64,000 bases of DNA from the NCBI GenBank assembly GCA_030141605.1, contig JAQGDQ010000007.1, forward strand, positions 1,103,173-1,167,172, in the 5' to 3' direction. The notes below the pieces were generated by a model, which was not told where the DNA came from, made no database searches, and saw nothing but the letters and a program-made list of their open reading frames with translations. The first letter of the stretch is position 1; each line of letters opens with the position of its first letter. Below, piece after piece: positions 13,754 to 25,400 of this stretch. The position numbers and the translations under genes are program-made. This DNA comes from Tubiluchus corallicola. Taxonomy: Eukaryota > Animalia > Priapulida.

Positions 13754-14664
13754 CGTACTAGGTATTATACTAATTAAATCATTTGCAGCAACAAGTTTAC
13801 GAACAGGTAGATGTCTCGTTTGTATAAATGTAATTCATGCTTGAGGCGGTTTTCAATTTCCAAAGCAAATTGGCTTTGCTTGACTTTTGCGCTATGTGTC
13901 ATAGGTGTTTCATAAAACGTTTGTGTCGGTTGAAGTACTTGATAAGTATAAATTTTCTAAATTGATCTTGTCATTAGTTTATAAGCCTATAGATGAGAAG
14001 AAAGTAATGTTTCGTACATATTAAGATTAAGTAATTGTATTTGTTTGTAATTTTATTGTAAATAATGTTGTACTATACGTTCGTTGTTACATACTCAACT
14101 TGTTTGTAAATTTATTAATAAAATTTAGAAGTCAGTTCGGTGCTAACAAAGGCAGATCAAAGTATTTGTCAAAGTTTGTTTATCTTTTAAGTTAATATTA
14201 TTATAATTTTGTACTTTAATTATGAATAATTTGTAAATATTATGCCTGAATGTCATATTGTGAACAAAGGACGCATTAATTTTGTACATCAAGTTATAAT
14301 TTTTAGTGTACAGTTGAAAGAATTTAGTATATTTGCTTCGTATAGTTCATGGATGCAATTACATCATTAAATTATCGTTATTTTTTGACTGCTGCGTAGA
14401 ATTTCTTCACGAAGGAAAAATTATATTTTATCTGTTCTGTCTTTTGGGTTTAACTTATATGATTTTTTATAATTAACTAAAACATTAGTATTTACAGTAT
14501 TTACTATGACTATCATTGTTATTATAATTGTAATAAAAGAAAAGTAAAAAACGTTGGCTTTAAAATAAATATTAGATAAACATTAGATACGTAATAGCAC
14601 TAGCACCACTAAATTGCCTGTATTGCATTATTGCATTGTAAATTTATTTAAGGTTCGGCTTACA

Positions 14665-14742
14665 ATGATTATGATGATGATGATGATAATGATGATGACG
14701 ACGACGACGACGATGATGATGGTGGTGGTGGTGATGGTGATG

Positions 14743-14806
<64 letters not shown>
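14665..14806. repeat. (GAT)n/(GAC)n/(GGT)n compound microsatellite
   Basis: Visible directly; source of the poly-M/I/H ORFs. Confidence 0.95.
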
Positions 14807-14807
<1 letters not shown>

Positions 14808-15770
14808 AGACTGTGATGCCAACGATGATGACAAAGCATACCTTCACTCGAAACCAGTAATCAGTAAGCAGCTAAAAGACAAGTCCTTTGATTACTGCAT
14901 AAACAAAACAGATTACAAGAACTTGAGTTATTAAGGGGCGCTACAAGATAAGGTACATAAAGATAAGATTATCTTTTTTTCGGGCAAAAATCCATATCAG
15001 AACAGACGTACAATATAAACCACAATACGTATGTATAATACATACATATACGCATCATACATGCATAAAATGCTACCACAATAAAATGATTTACAGAATA
15101 AAAAATGGCAAAATACAAAAAGTGCCTGTATATAGCTTATATGTCCAGTAGTGATCCATTTTAATTAAGAAAATACAAGCACTGTTAAAATTTAAAACAA
15201 CTAAGTTTAGCATTAATAAGTTGCACACTTAAATCATAAAAATACGTATTAAAAAGTTTGGGTGACAGCATACAGTAACTACAAAGATTCAGAAATAATA
15301 TCCGCCCATCTTACACGCATGTGATGAGTATCATATGTTGTGTATCAGTAGAATAACAAACGTAATAGTAGTATTTTTATTGACATTAAGATCAACAAGA
15401 TTACATGTACATTTACAATACGTGTAACGTGCAATGCGTGTAATGATACGTGTAACGCGCAATATTACAAACGAAACAAATATTAGTTTACAAATATTGC
15501 TAAAGTAGAGTGCAAAATACACAGCAATGGCAGTAAATTTTTTTAACATAACATCGAAAAAGGTATTAATAACCAGATAACAATTTAGTGAAAATTTTTA
15601 GCTAACTTATCTGTTACAGAAACACACTTACAGAAACAAATTAAGAATATCGCTTAAAAATTTTCCGCAAGTTGAAGGGTTGAACGAAACTCCAAAACAT
15701 TACATAAATTTAGATTGTATTTTTCTCTCACCGCTTTTGTTAATTCACAAATAGTAACGATGCAACGATA

Positions 15771-15842
15771 TGGAAAACGCATCCGCATTCGCGTGCTACA
15801 TAAAGTCGATTAACTAGCATGCAGATGCGGATGCGTCTTCCA
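15771..15842. repeat. Hairpin-forming inverted repeat (~28-bp arms)
   Basis: tggaaaacgcatccgcattcgcgtgcta ... tagcatgcagatgcggatgcgtcttcca (4 mismatches). Confidence 0.7.
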
Positions 15843-16039
15843 CATGCGGAATAGGTAAAATCGGTTTATATTGTTTTCAATGCACACGTTTATGCAGCCT
15901 ACGTAAGCGTTATTCCTTTTCTGCAGCCATTTCCCGTTCTTTTAAGCATATAGATGCACATGTCCGTGTCGTGTTTTTTTTGTAACTGAATAGGCATCTA
16001 TAGTAGCAAGTTTACCATAGTAACGGCACAACAGAAGGG

Positions 16040-16143
16040 ATTCCAAGAGTTTGCTTGAGATACTTGACAGGGTGGCAGTTGTTCACATCTGTTAGCTTGC
16101 CGTTTTTGTCTTTTACGAGTGGCACAAGAATGCTGTCAGTGAG
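16040..16143 (-). mobile_element. Old LINE (CR1/L2-group) RT remnant, left piece
   Basis: 'TDSILVPLVKDKNGKLTDVNNCHPV' resembles the RT N-terminal 'xVPIxK..NYRPI' motif; it rejoins the right piece across the hAT TSD. Confidence 0.65.
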
Positions 16144-16318
16144 CAAGGCTGGTAGTACGGTACGGTACGAAAAAAATACCATATTTCGTACCTTTAAAAA
16201 CACCGTAGATTAGGGGGGCAGTGGTGTCGGGGAGATTGTATAGGATGGAAAAATCCCACCCTCCGACACTTTGCTGAGGCCTTCGACAGGCCCATTGCAA
16301 TTATTCACTGCTATACGT

Positions 16319-17365
16319 CTATTGGTCGTACTCGGCAAGCCTTCCAGCTTGCTTCAGATACGCCGCTAGTTTTTTCAGGTTTAAGTTCTCTACAACTGCT
16401 CTAAGTGTTGTATTTTTATTTCCCAGACATTTGATACGAGCACCCTGGTAGGCGGTGCATCGTCCCACGTGATGGTCCGGTGTTTCGTCTTCCTGACCAC
16501 ATTTCGGGCAAATCGCGGATTGTGCTCGACAAGTGGTTTTTTTATGTTTTTGGAGATTACAGTGTCCGGTTAGGACCTGTATAACCATGTCGAGTTGAGT
16601 TCTACTGAGATTCAGGAGCCTATTGCAGACTCGGGCCGAGGCCCAGCCCACATGTTCCTTCGTTCTCTTGCAGTCCTCACGATTATTCCACGACGTTTCC
16701 CATCGTTTTAGACTCCATCCCTTAATCGCGTAGACACAGCTAGCGTAAGGGACGGGCAGATAGGGTTCTGGTCCCTCCGGAGAGAGCTCAGATCCCTTTT
16801 TAGCAAGTTTGTCCGCCTCTTAGTTACCATGTACTCCTTCGTGTCCAGGAATCCATGTAACCAAGACTCGGTTTCTTTTTCCAAGTATGTTCAAGTTTTC
16901 AACACAACGTAAAACCGAGATAGATTTTACTGTATTGTTTTCAGTAGCTTTAATAGCCGCCTGGCTGTCTGACAGGATGACTATTGATTGATTCTGGAGT
17001 CCTTCCGAAGACATTATCTCCGCCGCTTGTGAGATGGCGAAAACTTCTGCCTGGAAAACAGTACTCAATTTCCCAAGATAGAAGAACTCCTCCAATACTC
17101 TGGACTCAGTCGGATACTCGATACGTATACCTGCACCGATCCTTCCGCCCAGTTTGGAACCATCGGTATAACACCTGACACAGTTCCTATCCATTTCGCC
17201 TTCCGATTTGATAGCGATTTCTCTTTCCTGAATCTGGCATTCGAAATTTTTTTCGAACACGCGTGTTCTTTTTCTTAAATCACCCGGCATATGCAACAGT
17301 TGGAGGTCGCGCCTATAGCTATTGCACACATCGATATGACTTTTAGACTTACCAAAAGTTCCCAC
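16319..17365 (-). pseudogene. LINE ORF2 RNase H and C-terminal Cys/His region with one in-frame nonsense codon
   Basis: ORFs 16820-17365 and 16319-16651 are in the same frame, separated by TAA in 'GN*EADKLAK'. Confidence 0.85.
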
Positions 17366-18665
17366 GGTCTTCGCTGTCCGTTAATTTACCGTCTTCTTTA
17401 TACACACAGCTTAACTGCGCTGCTTTATTTCGGCGGAGGACCTTTACCAACCTAGCAGTTGGTGCCTGATCTTCCATCTTTTCCGTGAAACTCCGCCAGG
17501 ATTGGCGTTTCGCCTTCCGGACGGCGTTTTTGAATATAGACTGGGTTAGCTTTCTTGTTTCCCAGTCTCGTTGATTTTTAGTCTTAGTGGCTCTCCTGCA
17601 AGCCCTGCGCGCCTCCTTGCGGAGACGGCTTAGCTCCGGATTCCACCATTTGTTCCCATCCTTCTTCCTCTGCCTACGTAATGGGCAAGCAGTTTCATAA
17701 GAATGAATAACAGCAGCCTGAACTTCATCAGCCAAATCCTCAATATCCTCATTGGAGGACACCTTGTATTCCCGGTTCAGTTCTGGAAGTTTATGCTCAA
17801 GTTCTTCCGCATACTTTTCCCAGCAAGTACGGCGGATGTTCCTGATGAGTGGGTTTTCTTTTGAAATACTGCTTTTCACTAGGAATCTTATATACATGTG
17901 GTCCGACAGCGATGGCACGTCACTGACATACCAATCGCATACTATGTCCCCTGCATGCAGATTCCTCAGTGTCAGGTCTAGCACCTCTTCTCTTGCTTTT
18001 GTTCGGAACGTTGGTTTACGGCCAACATTACAGAACTCAAGATTAGCGCTTGCACAATACTCCAAGAGTTCCTCACCCCTGTCGTTGACATCGGTGGAAC
18101 CCCATAACGTATGATGCGCATTAGCATCAGTCCCCACAATAATTGGAGTTTTATCGCCGTCCCCGAATGATATCAGTTCCCTGAGTAACATAGGGGGAGC
18201 CGGTTGATCATGCACCATGTATGCCGAGGCGAAAATGAACTCATCTCCATCCCGGCACACATTTTTTGCTTTAACCACCACAATGTCTGTATTCGAGAAC
18301 ACTGGAAGTAAAAAGCATTTTAGGTTAGGAGTGGCATAAATGCACGCCCGAGGCCTTTCTCCATTCCGGTTTCCCTGGAACAGATCCCATCCTCGGAGTT
18401 TACCCCTAACTTCCCCACCGTGCGTCCAGGGTTCCTGTACAAAGACTAACCCGGTACGTATGTGTTTTACAACATCCTGCAAGTTGTAACTCGCAGCTTT
18501 GCTTTTGTGAAGATTGATTTGCCAGCACTCAATACCAGAGACACTTTGTGCTGGCTTCTCACCTATTTTATCCAAATTGTCCCCGGAAATAACATTCAAT
18601 CTACCGTGGGTATTTCCACCGAAGACTGTCTGCGGCCGGGATTTTACTTTAGCCCCTGTTCCCAT
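17349..18665 (-). pseudogene. LINE ORF2 N-terminal apurinic-like endonuclease domain, truncated before RT
   Basis: 438-aa ORF with EEP motifs; it ends just before where RT would begin. Confidence 0.85.
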
Positions 18666-19048
18666 ACTTTTCTGTATTTACGTTTCCATACTGGACTCGG
18701 GTGCCTTCATCTGCGATTGCTCGACAGACGGCAGCTCCTTTGTTCCAGTGGCAACGTCGGGGGTTTTTCCACCCTCGGTACTCACTTCTGGACCCTTATC
18801 CACCGTTTGAACAGGTGTTTCCGGTTCCTTGGCTTTCCCTTGGTTTTTCTTTTTGGACTGGAACGTGACTCGTTTGCATCCGGCGTACGGAGCAAACTCC
18901 AGTCGTTCCAGACCTGACAGGGACGGTTCCCAGACCGCTACTACGTGTAGCATTCCGCCGACCCCTTTTGACCCACCGCGGACCTCCATGTGCTTCCGTT
19001 GGAGTTCCGAATTACATCGGTCCACCAACGTCAGCTAAAAACACCGTA

Positions 19049-19706
19049 ACACCATAAAAGAAATGGATCTCATACTAAATAAAGATAAAACAGAAGAGTA
19101 TCACATAAAAAGGAATGGAGATGATGCTTGGAGGAAATGTATATACTTAGGCAGTCTTCTAGCAACAAATAAAAAACCCTAGCACTAGCTGCATATTCCA
19201 AATTAACAAAAAAAATTGAAAGTAAGAGGATCAGTTTAGATACAAATTTAAGAATCTTTGCTGCACTTGTGGAAACTGTGTTTATCTATAACTCACAACA
19301 CGAATCAGAAATTAATGCATTTCAAAGAAGAAACTACAGAAACATTCTAGGAATAAAATGGCCAGACAAAATATCAAATCAGGATCTGTACAATAAAGTC
19401 AAGGCAGAGGAATGGACAATTAAAGTAAAAAGGAGAAGATTAAGATGGATATGACTTGTTATACGACTACCAGATGACAGTCCATTAAAGTTATCTTTCA
19501 AAGAAGCACTGCAGAAAGAAAAGAAACCCGCAAGGAGGACAGCTGCTGACTTATATCAATTTCATCCAAAAAGATCTTATCAGCACCCCATTAGATATCA
19601 ATCAAAATACAGAGACATGGAAGGTTGCAGGTGACAGGGTAGTATGGAGTAAAGTGAGCGGGAGGGTCATGTCAAACGACGTGTGACTCCAGAGATGATG
19701 ATGATG
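19049..19706 (+). mobile_element. RTE-clade LINE 3' fragment
   Basis: 'KCIYLGSLL', 'INAFQRRNYRNILGIKWPDKISNQDLY..IKVKRRRLRW', 'DRVVWSK', followed by a (GAT)n tail at ~19694-19706. Confidence 0.75.
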
Positions 19707-20574
19707 TATCACAATTCTGTGCCATACTTACAAAATTGAATCGTACCGTACTAGTACGATAAAATATCATACCGTAATTCCCATCAAATTTCGTACCAAG
19801 TGCGTGTAGGATCCACTATAAAAAGATAAAGAATGACATAAAAGTTAATTGTGTAAACTATATGTTTTTCAATTATTGTTATGAAATTATGCGCACTATA
19901 AAAACAGAATTGCTGTTTGAACTTCCATACTATTTACATGTATTTTAAGTACAAAACTTGCACAAAATCATCCATGGAGTTATAAAATTATTTTGAATTA
20001 CTTTTTCTTAATAAATAATTTTGTGTAACGGGCGAGTTACGTTCATTTACTAGTTTTTAACGACTGCCTTTCATTAATTGCTCACTAGTGGCAAATTTTT
20101 AATGATAATCAACATTTAGTGTCTTGCCTAAAACATTTGTAACTATACCATGCAGGCTGCACAATTTAACGTACGTAACGTCGGTATGACTTTAATTTCT
20201 TTTCTTGGCTCTAGGTACACAGCCGTAGATCAGCGGTGTTACATTAACATGGTCAAATTTGGTAAGTAACATACCCAGTTTCTATAAGTACAATAATAAA
20301 GGTAAGGTAATTTACGGGAAAAAACAACTTGCTGCTTTTTCATCCAAAGCGAACCAATCTAGCCGTTTTGTTTGCGTCTGTTCTGTGTCAAGGTGCGTTA
20401 ACCAGGAGAGAACAAGTCCGCACCAAAGAGGCGAAACAAGTCGTCACAAACGTTATAAGAAACTGAGAAAAATGCTACGGAAAAGCTACGATAAAGGTTC
20501 GGAAAAATACCATAATTTCGTACCGTACTTTTAAGAATTTTTTTGTACCGTACCGTACCGTACTGCCAGCCTTG

Positions 20575-21560
20575 TCAGTGAAATGAGTGCGTAATGTAAG
20601 CTAAAATTAGCAAATTGGGAAGCACTGAAATTTTTTTGAAGGCAAAAATATAGTGTTCAGCTGACAGACTACCAAGATCTGCTGATATGTGGTGAGACAG
20701 AGACCATTTGCTCATTTAGAATCTATTTGCTATTGTCCAGTATTGCACGTTCATGAGAATCTATACTATTTAAGAGCAATTTATAATGGTCACGACACTT
20801 GTTTTCCAACTGCTTTGTCTATTTTCGTTTACAGCAAAACTTTCGCATTAAACTGTTTTTTCACATTTCTCCAACTTGTTTGCTTTGATACTTTCTTGCT
20901 CAGGTAACGACATTACGGTAAAACTTGTTTAAAACTAGACCTTTGATAGGCTATTGGTCCTTGCCTGGGTTTCCTGTTACGCAGTTTATGTGCACCCATA
21001 AATAAAATATGTCCATTAAAAGACGATGTTTATCAGCACGAAGTCTACTAATTGCTTTAGATGAGAACACATTTGACAATGAGGAATTGCTTTTTCGGGT
21101 GCAGTTTTTAAAGCGCAAACAATGTCATCGGAGAGCCTATTTAGAGCAACGGATGTATGATCACCAACAGTAATAAACATTATTGCAAAAAATAACATCA
21201 AGAGGCATATGAACTATAGAGAGATAAAAATCGCTTAATCTTTTGCAATCATAAAGGCCACTGGGGTTGCCACTACATCACATAAAACGTCATTACCTAC
21301 AGAGCAAGCTTCCATCAGTTCTGCACCAAAATTTTATTGTACTGGGTCGCATAATAGTGACATTCATATGGAAGATACGCGTTGCACACTAATATGTCCA
21401 TTAACTTGCCAGCTATATGAATAAGTGCAAAAATATTGGAATCGTTATCGTAAACGAAATCTCGAGGGGAAAATCTTTTCTCCTGATAAAAGCGAGTGAT
21501 CGACGTATTGCTACTCAAGCATGGTCACCAACTACGCCATTCAAATCTGTCCCCTTTCTG
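20575..21560 (-). mobile_element. Old LINE (CR1/L2-group) remnant, right piece (decayed APE to pre-RT region)
   Basis: Decayed frames contain 'ILVCNAYLPYEC' (APE-like) and 'SAEHYIFA' (pre-RT GxDGISAEH-like). Confidence 0.55.
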
Positions 21561-22305
21561 GTTTAGTAATCAAGTTATGAAAATTTTGTTACCACAGCCC
21601 TTTATAGATTTTGAAGCATAACCGACCTTTGATTTTTATCCACTTACGCAGTGTTATCAGCTTTCCCATAAAAATCTGTTTTCCTTCTTGTACTATGTGT
21701 ATAAGTTCCCAAAATTTGGTTACCGAATTTAAAAATTGAAAACTTTTAACCGGAAATGTTTAAAAGCTGACTTGAAAAGTTAGCAAATATTTCGTTTAAT
21801 TGTGCGTGGAATAATTAGCTTATATTAGTTTCCAGCAAAAGTAAAAGGGTTGCAAATTTAAGCGTCTATCTGTTAGTGTTAAAACGCGATATTTTCGCTG
21901 TTTTAAATGTTGTTATAACATAGTGGAAAATTAATTCAATTTATGTGGCATAGCCACACAAAAATACATAATATTTTAATGGTTTCTTTAAAGCCAGTGT
22001 AAAATTTAAAAAAACGAATGTTTGTCAGTAGTTGAGAATTCAGTCGTGATGGGTTAAACCGAAACTAAAATGTTAAGCCTATCTTACGAGCTTAAACGCA
22101 TCAGGTTTCTGAGCTGAAATCGTCTCCTCACGGTTTTCCTGTGTTCGTAACAGATTTCGAAATGGCTATATCATCAGAAATCGTCGAATTAAATCGCCTC
22201 TCGCGTGACGAGGCAATCCAACCTCCAGGACCTTTAACTTCTGTTTAAATATTGCTATTACCTACTCGCTAGAACAAAGTAAATCGTTGTTAGAAGACAG
22301 GTGGA

Positions 22306-22311
22306 TATAAA
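22306..22311 (+). promoter_or_regulatory. TATA box of secreted gene A
   Basis: TATAAA about 100 bp upstream of ATG 22412. Confidence 0.5.
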
Positions 22312-22411
22312 CATGAAGGTCCCAAGGTTGTGGTGCACAAGTTGCTGGGTTATAGGACTGGAGCGGAAAACAGAAAAATAGCAAGTCAGGGTAAATCGTG
22401 ATAACTGTAGA

Positions 22412-25400
22412 ATGATGAGGACAGCAGCTGCTGCGCTTTTGTTTCTGCTACTGAAAGTAAGTATTCCTACCTAAATTTATATTTTGCAAATAAAATCTAA
22501 GGATTCGTCTGATAAGCGAATTACTTTGCTACAAGACATGCATTGTAAAATGCAAGGATTTTATGTTTATAATTTAAAATAAAATTGATATGTTCTACTG
22601 TTTGCTATTTATTATATTTTTCTATTATTATTAGAATTTTCACAGCCAGTATGAAGAGAAAACAGTGTAACTTTGCTATTTTCAGTTGTTGCGTTAGTTT
22701 TAATGTTACGTAAGGTTGATATGCTTCTATGCCTACACAATAGCGTAGCTAGATCTTATCGTCCCCGGGTGGCACTTAAAATTTGACACAAGTGAAAATG
22801 TTTATGCAAAAAAATTTAGATTTGTAATGTTTAGTAGTATTGCCTCGCATATGCGATAATTTATAGAGATAAAATAATAAAGAATTACCAAAAAAAATCA
22901 AAAAATTGGTTTAGGAAGAAATCCCCGTACATTTCAAAACTAAAAGTTACGACAAGCAATGGCTTCTTCACATGGTAACTCAGCAAAGACTGTTATTGAA
23001 GACTACTTTGGTGCGACTTCCAAGACATCGCTGTGTTTACCTAAGAGTTTTAGACATCTTAGCAGTTGAGCAAATGAAAGTTTATTGTTGTCAAAATATT
23101 TTAAAGATAAAATTGAGATTAGTTTTCGTAAATTATCCGCAAGTATAATTCTACGAAATGAAGATATTTCTGACGGAGATATGCAAAAACTCGCAAACTA
23201 GGTTGGCGAGCCAAGAACTTACTGACTTACAATCATTATTAGATAAATAGAACATATTGTAATGACATCAGTGTTACATCAACCAAGCGCCTTTTTCAGT
23301 TGAATGAAATTGATCAAAATGCCGCTCTCTGAAAAGTGCTGCCCGGACTTTTTAGCTACGTCATTGTATACCCACGCTTCTCTCGTTCATTTATTTATAC
23401 AGCTAACATGGAGTTATCCCACACTAGTAATGCGAGAAATTGCTCGTCCACTTCGAATTCCAAACCAAGACAATTCGGAATACTACCGCGACGTAGAATT
23501 AGGAGAAGCAAGGAACCCTGAAGAAAGTTTGCGAGTTTTTCATCATAATGATTACTACGACATTCCAGGCCAACGCACATATGGTTCCGAAATCAGCAAG
23601 GTTGATTATGACAATGACAAAGACGAAGTAACATATGATACCGTTGTTAGTAAGGTATTGAATTGAACTGGGTTAAATTAGACTGTATTTGTCTATTCGG
23701 CCAATCAGACATTTATCACTAGCTGCTACAATTATTTGCCATAGATGAAATCAAGATAGAAATATTGTTGCGGAAATTCTTAAAATGAATTTTCTTTCGA
23801 TATAAAAACCGCGTATACGTATTGTTTTATAATCTGCATTTGTGTGTTGCAGATAATAATAATAATAATAAGACTCACAATAATAATAATTTGTTATATT
23901 TCTTAGCCGCATCTATTAGTCCTTTAGCATTTTGTTATTAAGTTACAATTTAGTAGTTCAATCTGTTGTTTTTATAATATACTGATATCACAACTATTTT
24001 TAAAAAAAGCAAAACGTGTTACTTGGAAATTCTCGATTAGTTTGCTAATTTTGGTTTGTGCAAGTCAGAGTCCATTTGCGCACTATCTTGACGTAACGAG
24101 AAGAACTCGTCACCAAACAGTCTTACTGTGCCCTTACTTTAATTACTTTGGCTTGTGCTGGAATAACATGCATCGTGAGGTAAATTTTTTTTTGATTTTG
24201 CACATCTGCGTCAAAGAATGTTGCTTCTTAAGGATTTTGTCATGGTAATTTCAAGGTACAAGAAAAGACTACAGACAATGGTTCACCAAAAAAAGGGAAT
24301 ATTTATGCAACAATTAAAAGATCACTGTGCACAAAAATTGCATGTTTCAGTATTTTTCTATATAAGGGTCATTCACTGGTACCTAAGGCATTCATCCTAA
24401 ATCTCTAATTCTTAAACACCTAAAATTACTGTTTCGTAACTAGAGAAACAGTACTTTCTGTAGTGATGATATCACACATGTGCACAGTTACACACCGTAT
24501 GTTTCTTTTTTTGTTGTATTATTGCAGTATGTTGGCTAGAGCAACAAATTCTAAATTCTATAATCTAAGTAAATCATATTGGTACGTGTGTGAGTGCTGA
24601 CGTGAAAGTGCTACTACTACTTGGCCGTCACTTGCTACCGTAATTATATAATTCGGTAAATTACACATACTGGGCATATATTCTACATGTAGATATATCA
24701 TTAATTATGACAGTGCAGTGTCCCACATTAGCCTTGACTCAGAGGATAATTTTAGATTTTAGAACACAGACAACCGAATATCAATGACAGCTTTTAATTA
24801 ATAGTAACGGACGGTAACGTCTCTTTAAATACAATTATCGATATACCTGAATACGATTTCTGTTGTTGTGATTACGTCAAACAGTCCTGTTTGGAACCTC
24901 ATTGTTTGATGGGTTTGGCGTAGCAAATTTAAGAGCAAAACAAATCGAAAAATTGTTTGTGTCATTGAAGTGGCAGGCCCTTTATTTAATTATTTCATGC
25001 TCTTAATAATGACAATAGAATATGATAAATTTATATATTCATTTCGTTTTTCTTATCCAGTTTCGCTCAGATGAGCAAGACGGCGACAGTGTAAAGCATT
25101 ACAACCGGAAGGTCGATTTTAGTGATACTAGAAACGATTATTTAGTTACTTTTGAAGAAAGTGGAAAGGAGAGAAAACTGAATAACGACACTACCGGCAA
25201 GTAAGTGGCCTGTCATGCGTGGTGACAGCTTTCTTCTTTGTGCTCTCTATTCTATTGGGTGCTCGCATTCATCTACTGATGTGGCTAGGTTAAAAACTGC
25301 TATTCCCTTGCCAGATCATATACATATAATGGGTAGTCTCAGGTGACTTTTATCGTTCACTAATTAGTATTTACTAATCAAAAAATGATAAACTTATTGT

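Larger units (their letters stand above)
16208..19035 (-). mobile_element. 5'-truncated, RT-deleted non-LTR retrotransposon (LOA/R1-I group) with APE and RNase H
   Basis: Perfect 13-bp TSD TAAAAACACCGTA (16195-16207 / 19036-19048). ORF1 tail 18678-19028; APE ORF 17349-18665 (QINLH, QEPW, GTDANAHH..WGS, SDH); RNase H 16820-17365 (YTDGSK, VFQAEVFAI, SDSQAA, WIPGHEGVHGN*); C-terminal 'LTGHC..CPKC..ETPDH' at 16319-16651. Confidence 0.92.
16144..20574. mobile_element. Non-autonomous hAT-type DNA transposon (MITE) hosting two LINE insertions
   Basis: TIRs CAAGGCTGGTAGTACGGTACGGTACG (from 16144) and GTACCGTACCGTACTGCCAGCCTTG (ending 20574); 8-bp TSD TCAGTGAG (16136-16143) / TCAGTGAA (20575-20582); subterminal cgtacc repeats. 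Confidence 0.85.

Noticed and set aside
14614-14934. Poly-Met, poly-His and poly-Ile ORFs (also 3400-3695, 8648-8857, 43700-43978, 47754-48042)
   Set aside because: Translations of microsatellites with no splice or promoter support.
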